Below the pieces are notes generated by a model. The model was not told the origin of the DNA. It saw only the letters and a program-made list of their open reading frames with translations, and ran no database searches. Position numbers and translations under genes: made by a program. This document shows positions 1 through 44,791 of a stretch of DNA of 64,000 nucleotides, piece after piece (the first letter of the stretch is position 1; each line of letters starts with the position of its first letter). Source of the stretch: Paragordius varius (Eukaryota > Animalia > Nematomorpha); NCBI GenBank assembly GCA_964247055.1, contig OZ176058.1, positions 558,001 through 622,000 on the forward strand. The letters are read 5' to 3'.

Positions 1-982
1 CATTTCCTAGATTTTGTGGTCTTATTTTGAAGCTAATATTTATATTACAGTAAAATCTGAAATTATACAGACAAAATGTATAAATATAAAGATAAAAATT
101 TTTTCTAAAAGACAACCATAATTTTTTAAAATTATAATATTTCCTATATAAAATATTTACCTCTCACTGTAAAGTATATAATTGATGGGGTATCCTAAAC
201 TGTATTTGTTATATTTTAATTTAAAAAAATCATTTATATTGAAAATAATCAAGATTTAAAAAGTATGGTTGTTTTTTGAGAAAATGTCTTTATATTTTTA
301 CATCATGTCCGTATAATTACAATTTTTGCTGTAAATTTGGGTTTTGACTGATCAAAATGTTTTAAAAAGGGTAATTTTCTTAAAATGCATTTTCACAGTC
401 AAAGGTCGTCAATTAATACCGCTAATGCACTTATAAAGTAAGAATCATCCTAATTGACCTATCGATTCGGTTTATAGTGTGCAAAAATATTTTAATATCA
501 ATCAAATATTTTTACTTCACAATTTTTATTTATCATCCATCATTTATCTTTCAATACTCTAAATTTTATGCAAATTTATACAATTACAACCCTGATAGTC
601 AATTAAATAAAATTTTATAAAATAATTAATAAAATTTTTTATATTATCTCATAAAATCTTAAATATACCCTTATACCTATATGAAAGATTAAAATTTTAG
701 AGGTGCAATAAAAATAAAATTATTATCTCAAAACCAATTAACATGCGTTTATTATTAGTTGCAGGAGATATATTTAGATTAAAATTATACTTAACTTAAT
801 CAATTTTTTTTAAAACAATAGTCCTTATTATATAAATATAACAGAATGATCGTTTTTTCGAAATGAAAATTAAGAGTTAATAACATTCAATTATATAATC
901 TTAAATTGTACTTTTTTAGTAATGTTGATAAAAAATCAAAGTCAAAGGCTCTTTTAGAAAAAAAAAATTTTTATAAGTGGCG

Positions 983-1013
<31 letters not shown>

Positions 1014-2195
1014 TTTGATAAAAAAACTAATTTCCCAATCAAAAATAAATCCACGGAAATTTTACATTGAAATGGTCATATTTGTAAATGTTTCAGGGTT
1101 CCTGTCGAGCAATAAATACAAAATTGATTGCAGATCTAAGTTTTTTAACATTGATTATACGGAATAAAACAAAAATGTTTAGGGAAAAAAATGTTAAAAG
1201 ATGTGTAACATCTTATGTATTGTGTGAATATGAAAGGTAGGTTAAAAACTTGCAGTAAAAATTAAAATTAAACGGACAAAACCTAAAAATATAAGGGAAA
1301 CACCATAAATTAATGTTTATTTTTTAAAAAAATGATTGTTTTCAATTGCAAAATATGAAAGCGAGAAATAAATTGGTAAACAATTAATTATATTTAAAAT
1401 TGTTATAAATGATTTTTATAGGATTTAACGTTTAACAAAGTAGGGTTGTTTTTTGAAAAAATTGCCTTCTGTATAATTTTAATTTTTACTGTATTATAAG
1501 ATTAACAAATACACAAAAAACAAAAGAATATTTAAATGAAAAAAAATGATTAGTACATGGTTAAAAAATATGTTAAATTTGTAAGTAGATACAACAGAAA
1601 GGATTCATCAAGGGTAGTATATGGTGTATTTACAGTAGCGTATGGTGTAAAACAATAAATTAATCCATAAAAAATAAAAAATATTTTTTTTAAATATGGA
1701 TATGTCTATATAACAACTAGGGTGGTTTTTTTAAAAAAAGCATTTTTTTCTTCTTTTATGAACTAATCTTGTTTTAAGCCATACGCCACTGTATTACACA
1801 TTTTTTTAAACCATGTGCTAATCAATTTTTTTTCATTCATAAAAATCTTTAATATACAGTAAAAACGACAAAATGTAAAAATGTAAAGACAAATATTTTT
1901 TTTCTAACAGAAAACCATACTTTTTTAATCTTGATATATTTCAACATAACTCATTGTTTTAAATGGCAAAGTATCAAATAAAGATATATAATACTAACAC
2001 AATCAATTCTATATTTTATAGTTGTAACTAAGTAGCTTATATGGGTTTAAAAAAGTAAGGTTGCCTTTTAAAAAGAAGATTTTATATTTATATTTTTATG
2101 TTTTGTCCGTCCGTATAATTTCAATTTTTACTGTATCTAGTTTTTACGTGTTTTTTAGCCTATTTTAATCTTTAATTATGACTTATTATTTAAAG

Positions 2196-32843
<30,648 letters not shown>

Positions 32844-35800
32844 TATTCTATTTTTTTTGTTATTTTTTTTTCTTTACAGTATAACTGAGGTTTTTCACAT
32901 TTATTTAATCGACAATCAATTTATTTTAAAACAATTTAAACAAACCATAATTTATATGTAAACTTCCACACGTCTTCCAAAATTTATTCAAGTGCAATTA
33001 TTATTTAAAAAAAATAACCTAAAAACTTTTTAATTCATACGTGCAATAATATTTTTATTTTTTTTATAGAATTAAAATATAAATTTACCATATATATACC
33101 TGCAGTGGCCCCTTTTAAACTTTATAAAGACGATTATACTAATACTCTCCATGTGATATAATGTAATTTAATTATTGTGCGTGCCTTTATATATCTTTTT
33201 ACTTTTAATATAAATAAATCAATATATATTAATATTTAAATCGACATATAATAAATAGATGGCGTAAATACTTTTAGATGAATATAGTTTTAATATTTAA
33301 CTGTAATAATTTTATGAGCAATTCTAATATTTACTATTTCCAAATCATGTTTACTCATTATTAATAAACATACATATAATTTAATTTAAAATTGATAAAT
33401 AGATGGCGTTTATTTATAAAAAATATATTCATGATATACATGCTCTTAGCTAAAATTGGGGTCATTAACGACCCCACGCCTTTTAAATTTGCAATGAGAT
33501 CTTCGTGATCATTATACGATTTTAACTTCAAAAATATTCTTAAACACTTCAAATTGGTCCAAAGGTTAAAACACATCATTAGGATATTTATGTTTTAAGA
33601 TATATATTTAAAATCAATTTTTATGTATATCTTAAATAACGCATAAAGATATAATCGATCTATATTGTAATTATTAATTGAAAAATTAAGTTTAAATAAT
33701 TACATTTATATCCATATATATTTCGTTTTAAATACTTTAATTGCAAATAAAGTTATACATTTAAAAAAATATTCAAATTATAATTGATATAGATATATTA
33801 TTTTATACATATTGCAATAATTAAATCAATCTGTTAACTGCTAAAAAACTGAATTTAAAATAGATGGCACATATTCACTCGTAATTAAGTATTACTGAAA
33901 TTATATTGGCAATACGTAAAAAAATAAAGACAAATATTTTTCAAAAGACAACCATAGTTTTTAAAACCTTAATATTTGATATATAAAATATTTAATTACA
34001 ACTGTAAGCTAAATAATTGATTGTGGTACCTATTTACATTTCTAATATTTTGCTATTTAAAACAACCACTTATATATTAAATAATCAAGATTCAAAAAAT
34101 ATGGTTGTCTATTAGAAAAAAATATTTGTCTTTATATCTTTACGTTTTGCCCCCTTATCATTTTAGTTTACGATGACTATAATAATAAAATTACCTAAAA
34201 ATATATTTATTATTATTAATGCAAAATAATAATAAAATTAATACCTCCTAAATCTACCTCAGCAAAATAATTTGGGTTCATTTATGAAGCATTTACCTAA
34301 GTCTAAATTTTTTATAAGTTTTTTTTATATATGTGACATCTTTATAAAAATATTTTTAAAAATGACATATATTTACTACTATTTAGAATGAAAATTGATA
34401 TTACAGTGAAAACTAAAGTTTTACGAAATTTAAAAATAAAAAGAGAATTTATTTTTAAAGACAACCATACTTTTTAACCCTTAATTTTTCTATGTATATA
34501 TAATTGATTGTGTAATTAATATACATAACAATTTTAAACATTGCAATTTAAAAAAATGAGTTTTGTTTTCAAAAATGAAGTTTAAAAAAGGGTTGTCTTT
34601 GAAAACATTTGTCTGTATGTATCCGAATAATTACAATTTTTACTGTATATACCAGGGGTGACCAACCCTTCTTTCCTTATTTCTCGCAGGCACTCAAGAA
34701 TATTAAATATTAAAACCGAAATAGAGACAAAACGTAAAAATATAATAACAAATGTTTTTTTCCAAAAGACATATTTAAATCATGATTTATTTCAAAAAAA
34801 CTCATTGTTTTAATTGTCAAACTGTGAAATAGAGATGTATATAACTAACACGATCAATTTTATATTTTACAATTGTAACTAAGTAACTTATATTAGGAAA
34901 ATTAAGATTTAAAAAAGTATGGCTGTCTTTATGAAAATAATATTTGTCTTAGTATTTTTACGTTTTGTCCTTATAATTTTTAATTACTGTAAAAGATATA
35001 TTGATCATTTCAACAATGCATATATATATATGTTTGTTTTTACGGATTGGATTAACTAGCACAGGCCATTTTAAAATAAATATTACGAATGAAGTAAAAA
35101 ATGTATGCGTAACTCTCCAGCATTTTAAATAAAAATTTTACAAAATCAAAGTTAAATTGATTTTCCTAAACAAATTTTTTGAATACTTCCGAATTTTGGC
35201 ATTGAACTAGCGAAAATTCTTAAATATATGATTGGTTTTACAGTCTCACTTTCAAAATCTAATCCAGCATTTTAAATATTTTACAAATCGATGGAAAAAT
35301 AATTTTCTTAAACAAATTTCTGAATAAATTTTCCGAATTTCGGCAAATAAGCGAAAATTCTTAAAATAAATAATAGGTTTTACAGTTTCACTTTCTAATA
35401 AAATATTTATTGATTTATTCATTTGTGTTAAACACCCCTGGCCTAAAATGGTATAATTGCCCAAAAAATTTAAAGGACAGTAAAAAATATTATTCTTATG
35501 TCAAGGACTGAACACCACATAAAACGATTGAAATTTAGTTGTGTTTGACACATTGCAGATATATACAGTAAAAACTGAAATCATACTATGGACTAAACGT
35601 AAAAATATAAAGACAAATATTTTTTTCTAAAAGACAACCCCATACTTTTTCAAACTTTAATTTTTTAAGCTATTAATTACAATCGTAAAATACATAATTG
35701 ATTGCGTTACTAATATACATTTCTATATTATACTTTGGAGTTTACAACAATGAGTTTTATATCAAGAATAAAAAAGTATGGTTGTCTTTTGAAAAAAATT

Positions 35801-36985
35801 TTTGTCTTCATATTTTTTCGTTTTGTCCGTATAATTCCAATTTTTACTGTAAAGCTCTTGTTTTTTCCATTCTTTACCAAATATTTATACCCCCCGTTTG
35901 ACGAATAAAAATAAATTTTTAATAAAATTAATGATACATATGACTGTAATTTAAAAATAAACTTTTAAAAATAATTTTGTTTAATAAAGTAATTTTTATT
36001 TCAAAATGAATTAAAATAAATTTTGTTTAAAAAAATAATTATTATTTCAAAAATTTGTGAATGCAGTCATTCACGGTCATAACCGCTTACCATTTAAAAC
36101 GATAAAATTTAATGCAGAGTTTTTATAAAATCTTTTACCTAAAAATTAAAATATTGTTTTTTATCTTAAATTCAAATTTAATTATATGGAAATTAAATTT
36201 TATTTTTTAATTTTACATTACTAGATACTACTGTAAAAATAAATACACCATCTAATTTACATTTAAATCTATAATAAGTACAGTAAAAAATGTAAAAATT
36301 AAAATTATACGGACAAAATGGGAAAATATAAGGAAAACAATTATTTTGCAAAGACCGCTATACTTTTTGAATTATAATTTCAAATTTAATTATATGGAAA
36401 TTAAAATTTAATAAATTTGTATTTTTTTAACACTTTTATTAGAATTTAATACACCAACTTATTTACATTTAAATCTATAACTCAGTAAATTGAAATTACA
36501 CAGTAAATATGTTAATATAAAGCCAAAAATAGTTTTTTTCAAAAGTTTACTTTTTTAACTTCATTTTTCCTACATCAAATGTTTAATTAATTACAATTTC
36601 ACATGATGAAATATATTTATTAATTTATGCGACATCTCTATTCCTTATTTTTTGCAACCCGATAAATGATTGATATCAATAAAATAAAAAAATGCCATTA
36701 AGTTTGTTAAAGATTTTCAAATTGTTTTAAAATGGCTTAAAAATAAAAATTACCATTATAAAATTCAATGATCGCACAAAATTTACAGTAAAATAAAAAA
36801 TTAAAATTATAACAAAAAAAATGTAAAAAAATATAAGGACAATTATTTTATCTAAAAGACAATCATACTTTCTTAAACCTTATTTTTTCCAAAAAAAGCT
36901 ATTTTAGTTCCGAATTTAGAGTGATAATAATATATATCTCTATATCACACTTTGCCATTTTAAACAATGAGTTAGATACATTTAC

Positions 36986-37215
36986 AGTCATGTATCCTTT
37001 ATTTTATCAAAAATTTATTTTCTTTCGTTAAATAGGTATAAATATTTGTTAATGTATAGAAAAAACAAGAGCTCTATGGTATTAACAATATCATATTCAT
37101 CAAAAAAGTATAAAAATTACCATAAATTTTTTTCATTCCTTACCATATATTTATAACCATTTAAGGAAAAAAAATAAATAAATTCTTGATAAAATTAAGG
37201 ATACATGACTGAATA
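36986..37215. mobile_element. MITE family 3 (TIR CAGTCATGTATCCTT...AAGGATACATGACTG)
   Basis: Long inverted termini with a core AAACAAGAGCTCTATG; other copies ~44799-45013 and ~5365-5556, half copies ~35850-35947 and ~37235-37345. Confidence 0.8.
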
Positions 37216-37483
37216 ATTTTTATACTTTTTTGATGGATATGATATTGTTAATACCATAGAGTTCTTGTTTTTCCATCCTTTACCAAATATTTAAACCCAT
37301 TTAACGAAAAAAAAAATAAATTTTTGATAAAATAAAGGATACATTTAAAAATTTTAAGATGGTTGTTTTTCAAAAAATTTCTTTTTATTTTGCAGTTATT
37401 TCTGTATAAATTCAGTTAAATATATTTATATATAAATAATTTATTTTTATAAATATCAAACATTCTAATATTGGAGAAATATA

Positions 37484-40400
37484 TTATAAAAGTTCATTTT
37501 TTTCAAGAAATTTATGATTTTTAGTTGATTTTCTTGCCATGATTTTAGCAGCAATTCCTTCACGATCCAATCCATAGAGAAAACAGTCGTGAGAATTTTT
37601 ATGATTATTTATATTGAAAGAGTTCTAACAGATAATAAATAATATTGATTTAGTTTAATTAAAAAATATGTTTTTATTTTCTTATAATTTTGAAATTGGT
37701 TTTTAACATTTTACTAAATGAAAAGAATTCTAACAAAATAAAAGATAAAATTGATATTTTAATTTTAAAAAATAAGTTATTTTCTAATAATTTTAAAATT
37801 ATTGGTTTTAAACATTTTACAAAAACTATTAACACTAATTAAAACAATACCTCAAAAAAAGATTACTACAGTAAAAATTAAAATTTTATGGACAAATGTA
37901 AAAATATAAGGACAAATATTTTTTTTCAAAAGACAACCCCATACTTTTATTATTTTCAATTTAAATTATTATTTTTCGAAAATGTATCAAATAGCAATGT
38001 AAATATCCATTAATTTTATATTTTACAGTGTAGGTAAATATTTATTATAAGTAATATTAATGGTTTAAAAAATATGGTTGTCTCTTAAAAAACCATTTTT
38101 GTCTTTATATTTTTAAGTTTTGTCCGTATAATTTCAGATTTTATTGTATGTTTTGTTAAAAAAAGCTTTGGTTTCGGGTTTATTAAAAAGATTAAAAATT
38201 TTGATTGTTAACATATATTATACATTTTTAGATTATTTATACAAATAAAGTTATAAAAAAGTATTTTTTTTCTTAAAAATATTTGACTTAAATTCTAAGT
38301 TTGTTAATTACAAAATTGAATTTTACCGTTATATATATATATATATATAAAAGGGCATTTTATATTGCAATTATAATTCAGCTAGAATTTACAAATATTT
38401 TATGAATTTTCGAATACTACAAGTAATCTTTGTCAAACGTAAAAAATAAAATTAAAATATAAACTAAAATTTAAATTATTATTGGCTAATAGGAATAGTA
38501 AAAAGTGAAAAAAAAATTCTCTAAGCCAATAATACTACCCCTCTCTATATCTATGCTATTTAGCAATAATTAATAATATTATAGTGATGTATACTTACTC
38601 ATACTATATATATATATATATATACCATTTACAATTCAATTTCACCCTTAAGCAATTTAAATCACCCTTAAACAATTCAAATTCACCCTCGAACAATTAA
38701 AACCTCAATAAAATATATTTTTGATAATAAAAATTACCTGTATTTTTATATATTTTTCAAAAATAAAAATTTTGTTAAATTAAAATAATACTGAAAAAAT
38801 AATAAACTATGCGCCATTAAGATATATTTCATATTAATAATGAGTTATATTATCCCGAAAACACATAATTTATTTTTAGCGTGATTTTGAAATGCTCAGG
38901 GGTGAATTTGAATTGTTCAAGGGTGAATTTGAATTGTTTAAGTGTGAAATAAAATTGTAAATGGTATATATATACAAATATAATTTACTTTTCCATTCGT
39001 TATTTCAATTTTTTCAGGCTTATTTTCATTAGGGCCCACTAAACGCGCATAATTATTTATATCGAAACTATTGTGATTTTTATTATGTATTGCATTATTT
39101 TCATAATTAAAATTTATAATTTTATTATCATTTTTAGTATTCATATTATTATTTCTAATATCCTCTTTGTTAATATTAACATTATTTTGACTGTTTTCAT
39201 CGTTTTTGTTGTTAATTATATTATCAACTTTAATAAAAGTTATAGGGGGAACCAATAATCGCATACGGTGATTAATTAATTCTTGCCTATATAAAATGAT
39301 TAATTTTAATTATATAATTTATATATAACTTGGAATTTAAAAAGAATAACATTACAATAGTATATTATCTCCATTTTATTATAAAACCCAAAACAATAAA
39401 CTACGCATTTGAAAATCTTATGTTAAAAATATATGATCTATCTTTAAAAAAATAGCAGTTTTGAGTTTTAAAATGTAATTAATTGTTATGTTTAGTGTAA
39501 AAATGATTAGTTCTGACCGTTTTATAATTAAATTTTAAAACATGTTAATCGCGTAATTAAAATCAATATCATACAATGATAAAATTTAATTATAAAAATA
39601 TTGAATTTCTAAATTTATTAACATATTTAAAATGATTATATTTATATTTTAATACCTAACAAGATAAATTTCGTTTAGTTTGAATTTTTTGGATGATAAT
39701 AGTTTATAAACTTAACCACCGCATTTTTTTGGTGTAAAACCAGTTTTTATATAATATAAGAAAATAACACTTTTTTAAAGATGTTTCATTTGTCTCAGTG
39801 TGCTTTAGTTTGAGGGCTTAAAAATCATTTTAGAGAAGTTAAATTTGCTTTTTTGTATTTACTCATCTAATTATCGCAATTTTAGCGCACAGTACGTAAA
39901 TTTGTTTAGAAAGATATTCCTCATATTTACTCAGAATCGAATAATCGCAAATTTAGCTCACATTATGTAAATTTGTTTGGAAATATAAAATATAACTATT
40001 ACAAAATCAAATATTGATTGTTTTTTTACAAAAAAAACCTTTTTAAAAAAAGCCATATTTGTGCATTTTTTGTTAATTTCTCCTTCCTCCTTAAAAAACA
40101 GGCTTGAAATTCTTAAATAAACCCAATTTTAACCATTTTTAAAAAAATTATTTGTATTATTAATAAAACTGGAAACCTTAATATGATAGATAATTTTTTC
40201 AATTCATTTTGTATATATTTGTTTGAATTATCATTATATCTGTTATAAGTTTGAGTATCGCCAACTTCCATATATTCTAATAAATGCTTTTTATCTTTCG
40301 AAACTTCGGCCTAAGAAACAAAATTACAGTAAAAAATGAAATTATACGGACAAAATGTAAAAATAAAAAGACAAATATTTTTATCTAAAAGATAACCCCA

Positions 40401-41233
40401 TACTTTTTAAAACCTAAATGTTTCCTATATAAACTACTTAATTGCAATTGTAAAATATAGAATTGATATTTGCATTATTTATCTCTATTTCACACTTTGT
40501 CATTTTAAAAAATGAGTTATATAATAAATGTAGTTTAAAAAGTATGGTTGTCTTTAAAAAAAATTAGTTTTTATATTTTTACGTTTTGTCCGTATAATTT
40601 CAATCTTTACTGTAAATATATAAATTAATAAAGGAAAAAATACCTAAACTTTTTAATAATGATTAATAGCAACTAATTAAAATTTTATATAATAAAAAAT
40701 ACTCAATAAAAAGCAATTTTTCTACAAAAATAGATTTTATTTTTAACAAATTTAAAACATGAAACAAGTAAAGATATGGCATGCGATTATTCTAATCAGA
40801 AAAATAAATTATAACTATAAATTATTGTTTTTAATGAAATATTTTTTTCTTGAGGTAAAAGTAAGAAAAAAATATGAAAATCTACGAATATAATGAAATT
40901 TAAAAAAACGGTGGAAATATTATATTGATATATTTCTTCAAAAAAACCTATTTTTAAGAGAATTTCGAAATAAATATTATTGAAAAGATTGATAAAATAA
41001 AATCACAATTAAAAAATATTAATTTTTGTAGGAAATATTTCAAACCCCAATAATATTAATTTTGGAAGTCAAATTTGTATTATAGGTATTGCAAGGTAAT
41101 ATATCTGAAACTATGCATTTCAAAATATTCGTTTCCAATCTTTGACGATAAAAAGATTTATGTTTGACTCTTGGAATAATAACGCTTTTTTGTAAATCTT
41201 TGCAGATCACCTGATTTTCTTTTGACTTTGAAT
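37484..41233 (-). CDS. Unidentified multi-exon protein-coding gene (3' portion)
   Basis: Minus-strand exons 41233-41046, 40310-40177, 40111-40039, (39802 or 39816)-39717, 39286-38989 (ORF 38938-39264) and 37624-37484 (ends TAA). They join in frame using the 39802 acceptor: ...AEVSKDKKHLLEYMEVGD...WFYTKKMRWQELINHRMRLLVPPITFIKV...SHDCFLYGLDREGIAAKIMARK...*. No family recognised; upstream exons near 41.9-42.9 kb are unresolved. Confidence 0.55.
40327..40612. mobile_element. MITE family 1 (~280 bp, ~85-bp TIR starting CAGTAAAAA, TA flanks; Tc1/mariner-type), representative copy
   Basis: TA|CAGTAAAAA.TGAAATTATACGGACAAAA..AAGACAAC.CATAC and its inverse ending ACTG|TA. Other near-complete copies: 48-331, 1857-2133, 4792-5079, 18391-18665, 20565-20831, 34404-34645, 35566-35849, 37869-38146, 44276-44569, 47857-48140, 49079-49353, 63026-63293, plus many fragments. 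Confidence 0.9.
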
Positions 41234-41503
41234 CTAAAACTACATTCTATATTAATTTTGTATATATTGGTTTATAAATAAGAGAAATAGGGCTAATATA
41301 ACTAATTTTCGAATTGTTATACAAAATTTTCTAAAACTAGGGAAGTGTCAAGTTATATTTTATAGTAAGTAATATCTACCACCAAATAATGTTGAATAAT
41401 CAAACAAAAAATTTATTATAATAAAAAATATTTAATAAATTAGGCAAGTTTATTATGAGATATAAACTAAGCATATGGATAAAAAATAATTTAATTATTA
41501 ATA

Positions 41504-41816
41504 TACCATTTACAGTTCATATTCACCCTTAAACAATTCAAATTCACCCTCGAACAATTCAAATTCACCCTAAAAAATTTCGGTCTAATATAACTCATTA
41601 TTAAAATAAAATATATTTTTATGGCAAAGTTTATTATTTTTTCAGTATTATTTTGATTACATACAAAATTTCTTTTTTTAAAAATATAAAATAGGTGGTA
41701 TATAATTTTAAAAAACACATAATTTATTTTAGGGTGAATTTGAATTGTTCGAAGGTGAATTTGAATTGTTCAAGGGTGAATTTGAATTGTTCAAGGGGTT
41801 TCAACTGTAAATGGTA
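41504..41816. mobile_element. MITE family 2 (foldback-like, TIR TACCATTTACA followed by a variable number of 21-bp AACAATTCAAATTCACCCT(T/C)G modules), representative copy
   Basis: Other copies: 5958-6229, 11722-12127, 22448-22766, 32298-32556, 38623-38966, 47283-47566, nested pair 55971-56606; partial copies near 9540-9650, 25485-25770 and 43820-44108. Confidence 0.88.
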
Positions 41817-44581
41817 TACAAAATATAATACGCAACTTAATATTTAAAAAAAAAATATTAGAAAAACAAAATTTATATATTAAACCATTGAAAAATAGGA
41901 AAACCTTAAAATTTGTCCATTCCTTTTCAACATCGGTGATATTTTTATTTAACAATTTTCTCCGTATCGAATTTAAAGACATGCGGGATTTACTCAATAA
42001 AATTTGCCATATGCAAAATTTAACATTTTTCAATAAGCAAATTATGGTTTTAAAAAACAATATTTAAAATTTATTTTATATAAAACCAATTTTTTAATGA
42101 AATTATAAAATAAATCTGTCATTTTAAAAATTCATGGTTATGAAAAAATTAATTTAATACATCTTTGTCTTTTATAAATTGGGTATTTTTATGATATAAC
42201 TATAATATATTTCCAAAATTTTATTATATAATTAATATATTTGATATGTTAGCCTATTTAGAATTTGTTTTTACATATTTTTAGTTTAATATCCATTTAT
42301 CACCAATAAAATTTTACCCAAGTATACCTTCGATGTTTTATACCTACTAAGAATTCATAAAACGATAATACTAAAAAAACTCTACTTTCACTTTATTGAA
42401 ATTTTTAGAGGGTAGTTTTGTTCCTTAAAGATCAAATTAAATAAAAAATTGTTTATAAACTTGTGTTTGAATTATTAAATGCTGTTTTCCTGTATTGGAT
42501 ATTAAAGATAATGTTTTGACCAAGAGTCGATAATTGGGAAAGCTCCAATCCGACTGAGAAAAACAGCCAATTTCACATCATTAACACTATATTTCTTAAA
42601 GTATTTCCAAGCTTTTTAAAATTATTTATTCACACTGCTTAACCATAGGCCTGTTGTATCAAAAATAAAAAATTTAAAACAAAAGAGTAAAGTATACTTT
42701 AAAAGTGAGACAATATCTCTATAATTTTTTAAATATTTCAGGTTTTAATCGCTTCTGGCTAACAAATCTTACAAAAGGTATTACAGCATATACCGATTGA
42801 AGTTTTGATTATACATCCTTTTAACTCTTGAACACAAATCATCTCCACATCGTATATACGAATTAAGGTCGTCGACTGCCTCGGGGTTATTAAATCAGAG
42901 CTGTTATGAAAAATATTTATTTTCAAAAGTTTGGAATATAATTGCATCAAAAATCTTTTTTATATTTCATAAAAGGACTCATCTTTTGGATCGAAAAATT
43001 AGATGCGACCCATTCGCAAAATATTATGACCTTTATATTAGATTTTAGAAAAAGACTGTAAAAACTACTATTTTCAATAATTTTTCTAGTTCATTACCGA
43101 AATTCTTAAAGACATATTCAGAAAATTGGTTTTTACTAATTTTGTGTTGAATTTTCTCGCGGGTAACTGAAATTTTGCTCAGAGTCGCGTGTTCAACACC
43201 CCTGCTAAAATGACGGGACTTACAGTTTTTTATTCAAATTATTAATCAATATATTTAATCTATTTACAAATTTTAGCCGTAGAATCTTTTAAAAAAAACA
43301 TTTTTCAATAGATACTATTTTGTTAGTTGTGTTAGATTTATTTTTAGTTTAAATTGAATAATGATCAATTTGTCCGATTACCACAGGGTCACATAATAAA
43401 AAAATTTAAACTAATAAAAAAATAGCTATCTATATTTGCTGTATTAAATATTATATTAAGGAGCTTGTTATAAATATAATACAATTTTCAATATAAATCG
43501 AAAGATTATAGACATGACGTAAATACTATGAAACACAAACATTATAAAATAACCATATTTTTTTAATATTGTTTTTTTTAATATAACTAAATATTTTGGT
43601 TCCAGAATAAGGAATAGAGTAAAGTTAAATGTATTATTTAAAAATAGTTTATTTGGTAAAAATAAAGATTCAAAAATTGTCTGTTATAAATATAGCCTCC
43701 TAATTTTACATATCGTTATAATCTTATTTTTAACTGTATAATAAATCCCTATATATGAAAATCAATGGTATAATATAAAACAATTTATAAAAATGGTAAA
43801 ATTTGATATATACTATACCAATAATACTTCATATTCACCCTTGAATAATTCAAATTCAACCTCGAACTCTTCACAAGCTTAGAACAATTCGATTTCACTC
43901 TAAATAAAATCAAGTGTTTTTTTTTGATTAAAAATTAATTTATTTTTTATATTTTTTTAAAATGATATTTTGTTTTAATTTAAATTATTATTGAATAATA
44001 ATATCCTAAGCTATGTAGATATATTTCATATTGATGATGAGTTATATGAGCTGCCCAAAAACGCATAATTTATTGATTTTTAAGGGTGAATTTGAATTGT
44101 AAATGGTATATGTAGAGAATTTTAAACAGTAATAATACACTTTCGTCATTTAAAAACAGTACGAACATTAAATTATTTAAACTATAAACTCAAAGTTGCC
44201 TTAATTCCCAATTTTCATCCATTATCTCAATAAATATTTTATTCAAAAAATTTTACATATATTAACAAACAATTACAGTAAAAACTAAATCATACGGAGA
44301 AAACGTAAAAATATAAAAACAAATATTTTTTTCTAAAAGACAACCCCATACTTTTTAAATCTTGATTTTTATATCAATATAACTCATTGTTTTAAATGGC
44401 AAAGTGTAAAATAGAGATATATAATACAAACACAATCAATTATATATTTTAAAATTGTGACTAATAACTTATATGATAAAAAATAAGATTTGGAAAAGTA
44501 TGGTAGTCTTTTAGATAAAAAATATTTGTCTCTATATTTTTGCGTTTTGTCCGTATAACAATTTTTTTGTAAAACCTATAT

Positions 44582-44791
44582 ACAGTAGGAGTAAATATAC
44601 ATTGCTAGAAAATTATTAATTATTGCCATATAGTATATTCAGATGCAAAGAGATTTATTATTGGCTAATAATAATAATAAAAAGTGAAAAAAAGATAACT
44701 ATAAGCCAATAATACTGCCCCCTTTGTTGTATTTACTATTAGACAATAATTAATAACTTTCTAGCAATGTATATACTATATACTCATACTG
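44582..44791. mobile_element. MITE family 4 (TA|CAGTAGGAGT...ACTCATACTG|TA)
   Basis: Inverted termini (ATATACATTGCTAGAAAATTATTAATTATTG and its complement); a related partial copy lies at ~38480-38605. Confidence 0.7.

Noticed and set aside
1098-1140. Possible additional small upstream JPH exon (TTTCAG|GGTTCCTGTCG...)
   Set aside because: Weak donor, no motif, and no way to choose a frame; unsupported.
34653-35440. Possible hAT MITE with CAGGGGTG/CACCCCTG ends
   Set aside because: Only an 8-9 bp inverted match, and the flanks (GTATATAC vs GCCTAAAA) are not a TSD; the interior is other repeats.
37484-37624. FLYGLDREGIAAKI resembling transketolase/DXS C-termini
   Set aside because: Too short, and upstream exons show no thiamine-enzyme motifs.
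42790-42900. TGA read as Trp (suggested by an L*FNNPEAVDDL frame and by the TG+A junctions in array B)
   Set aside because: All conserved Trp positions in JPH and gene 3 are TGG despite the strong AT bias, so the standard code applies.
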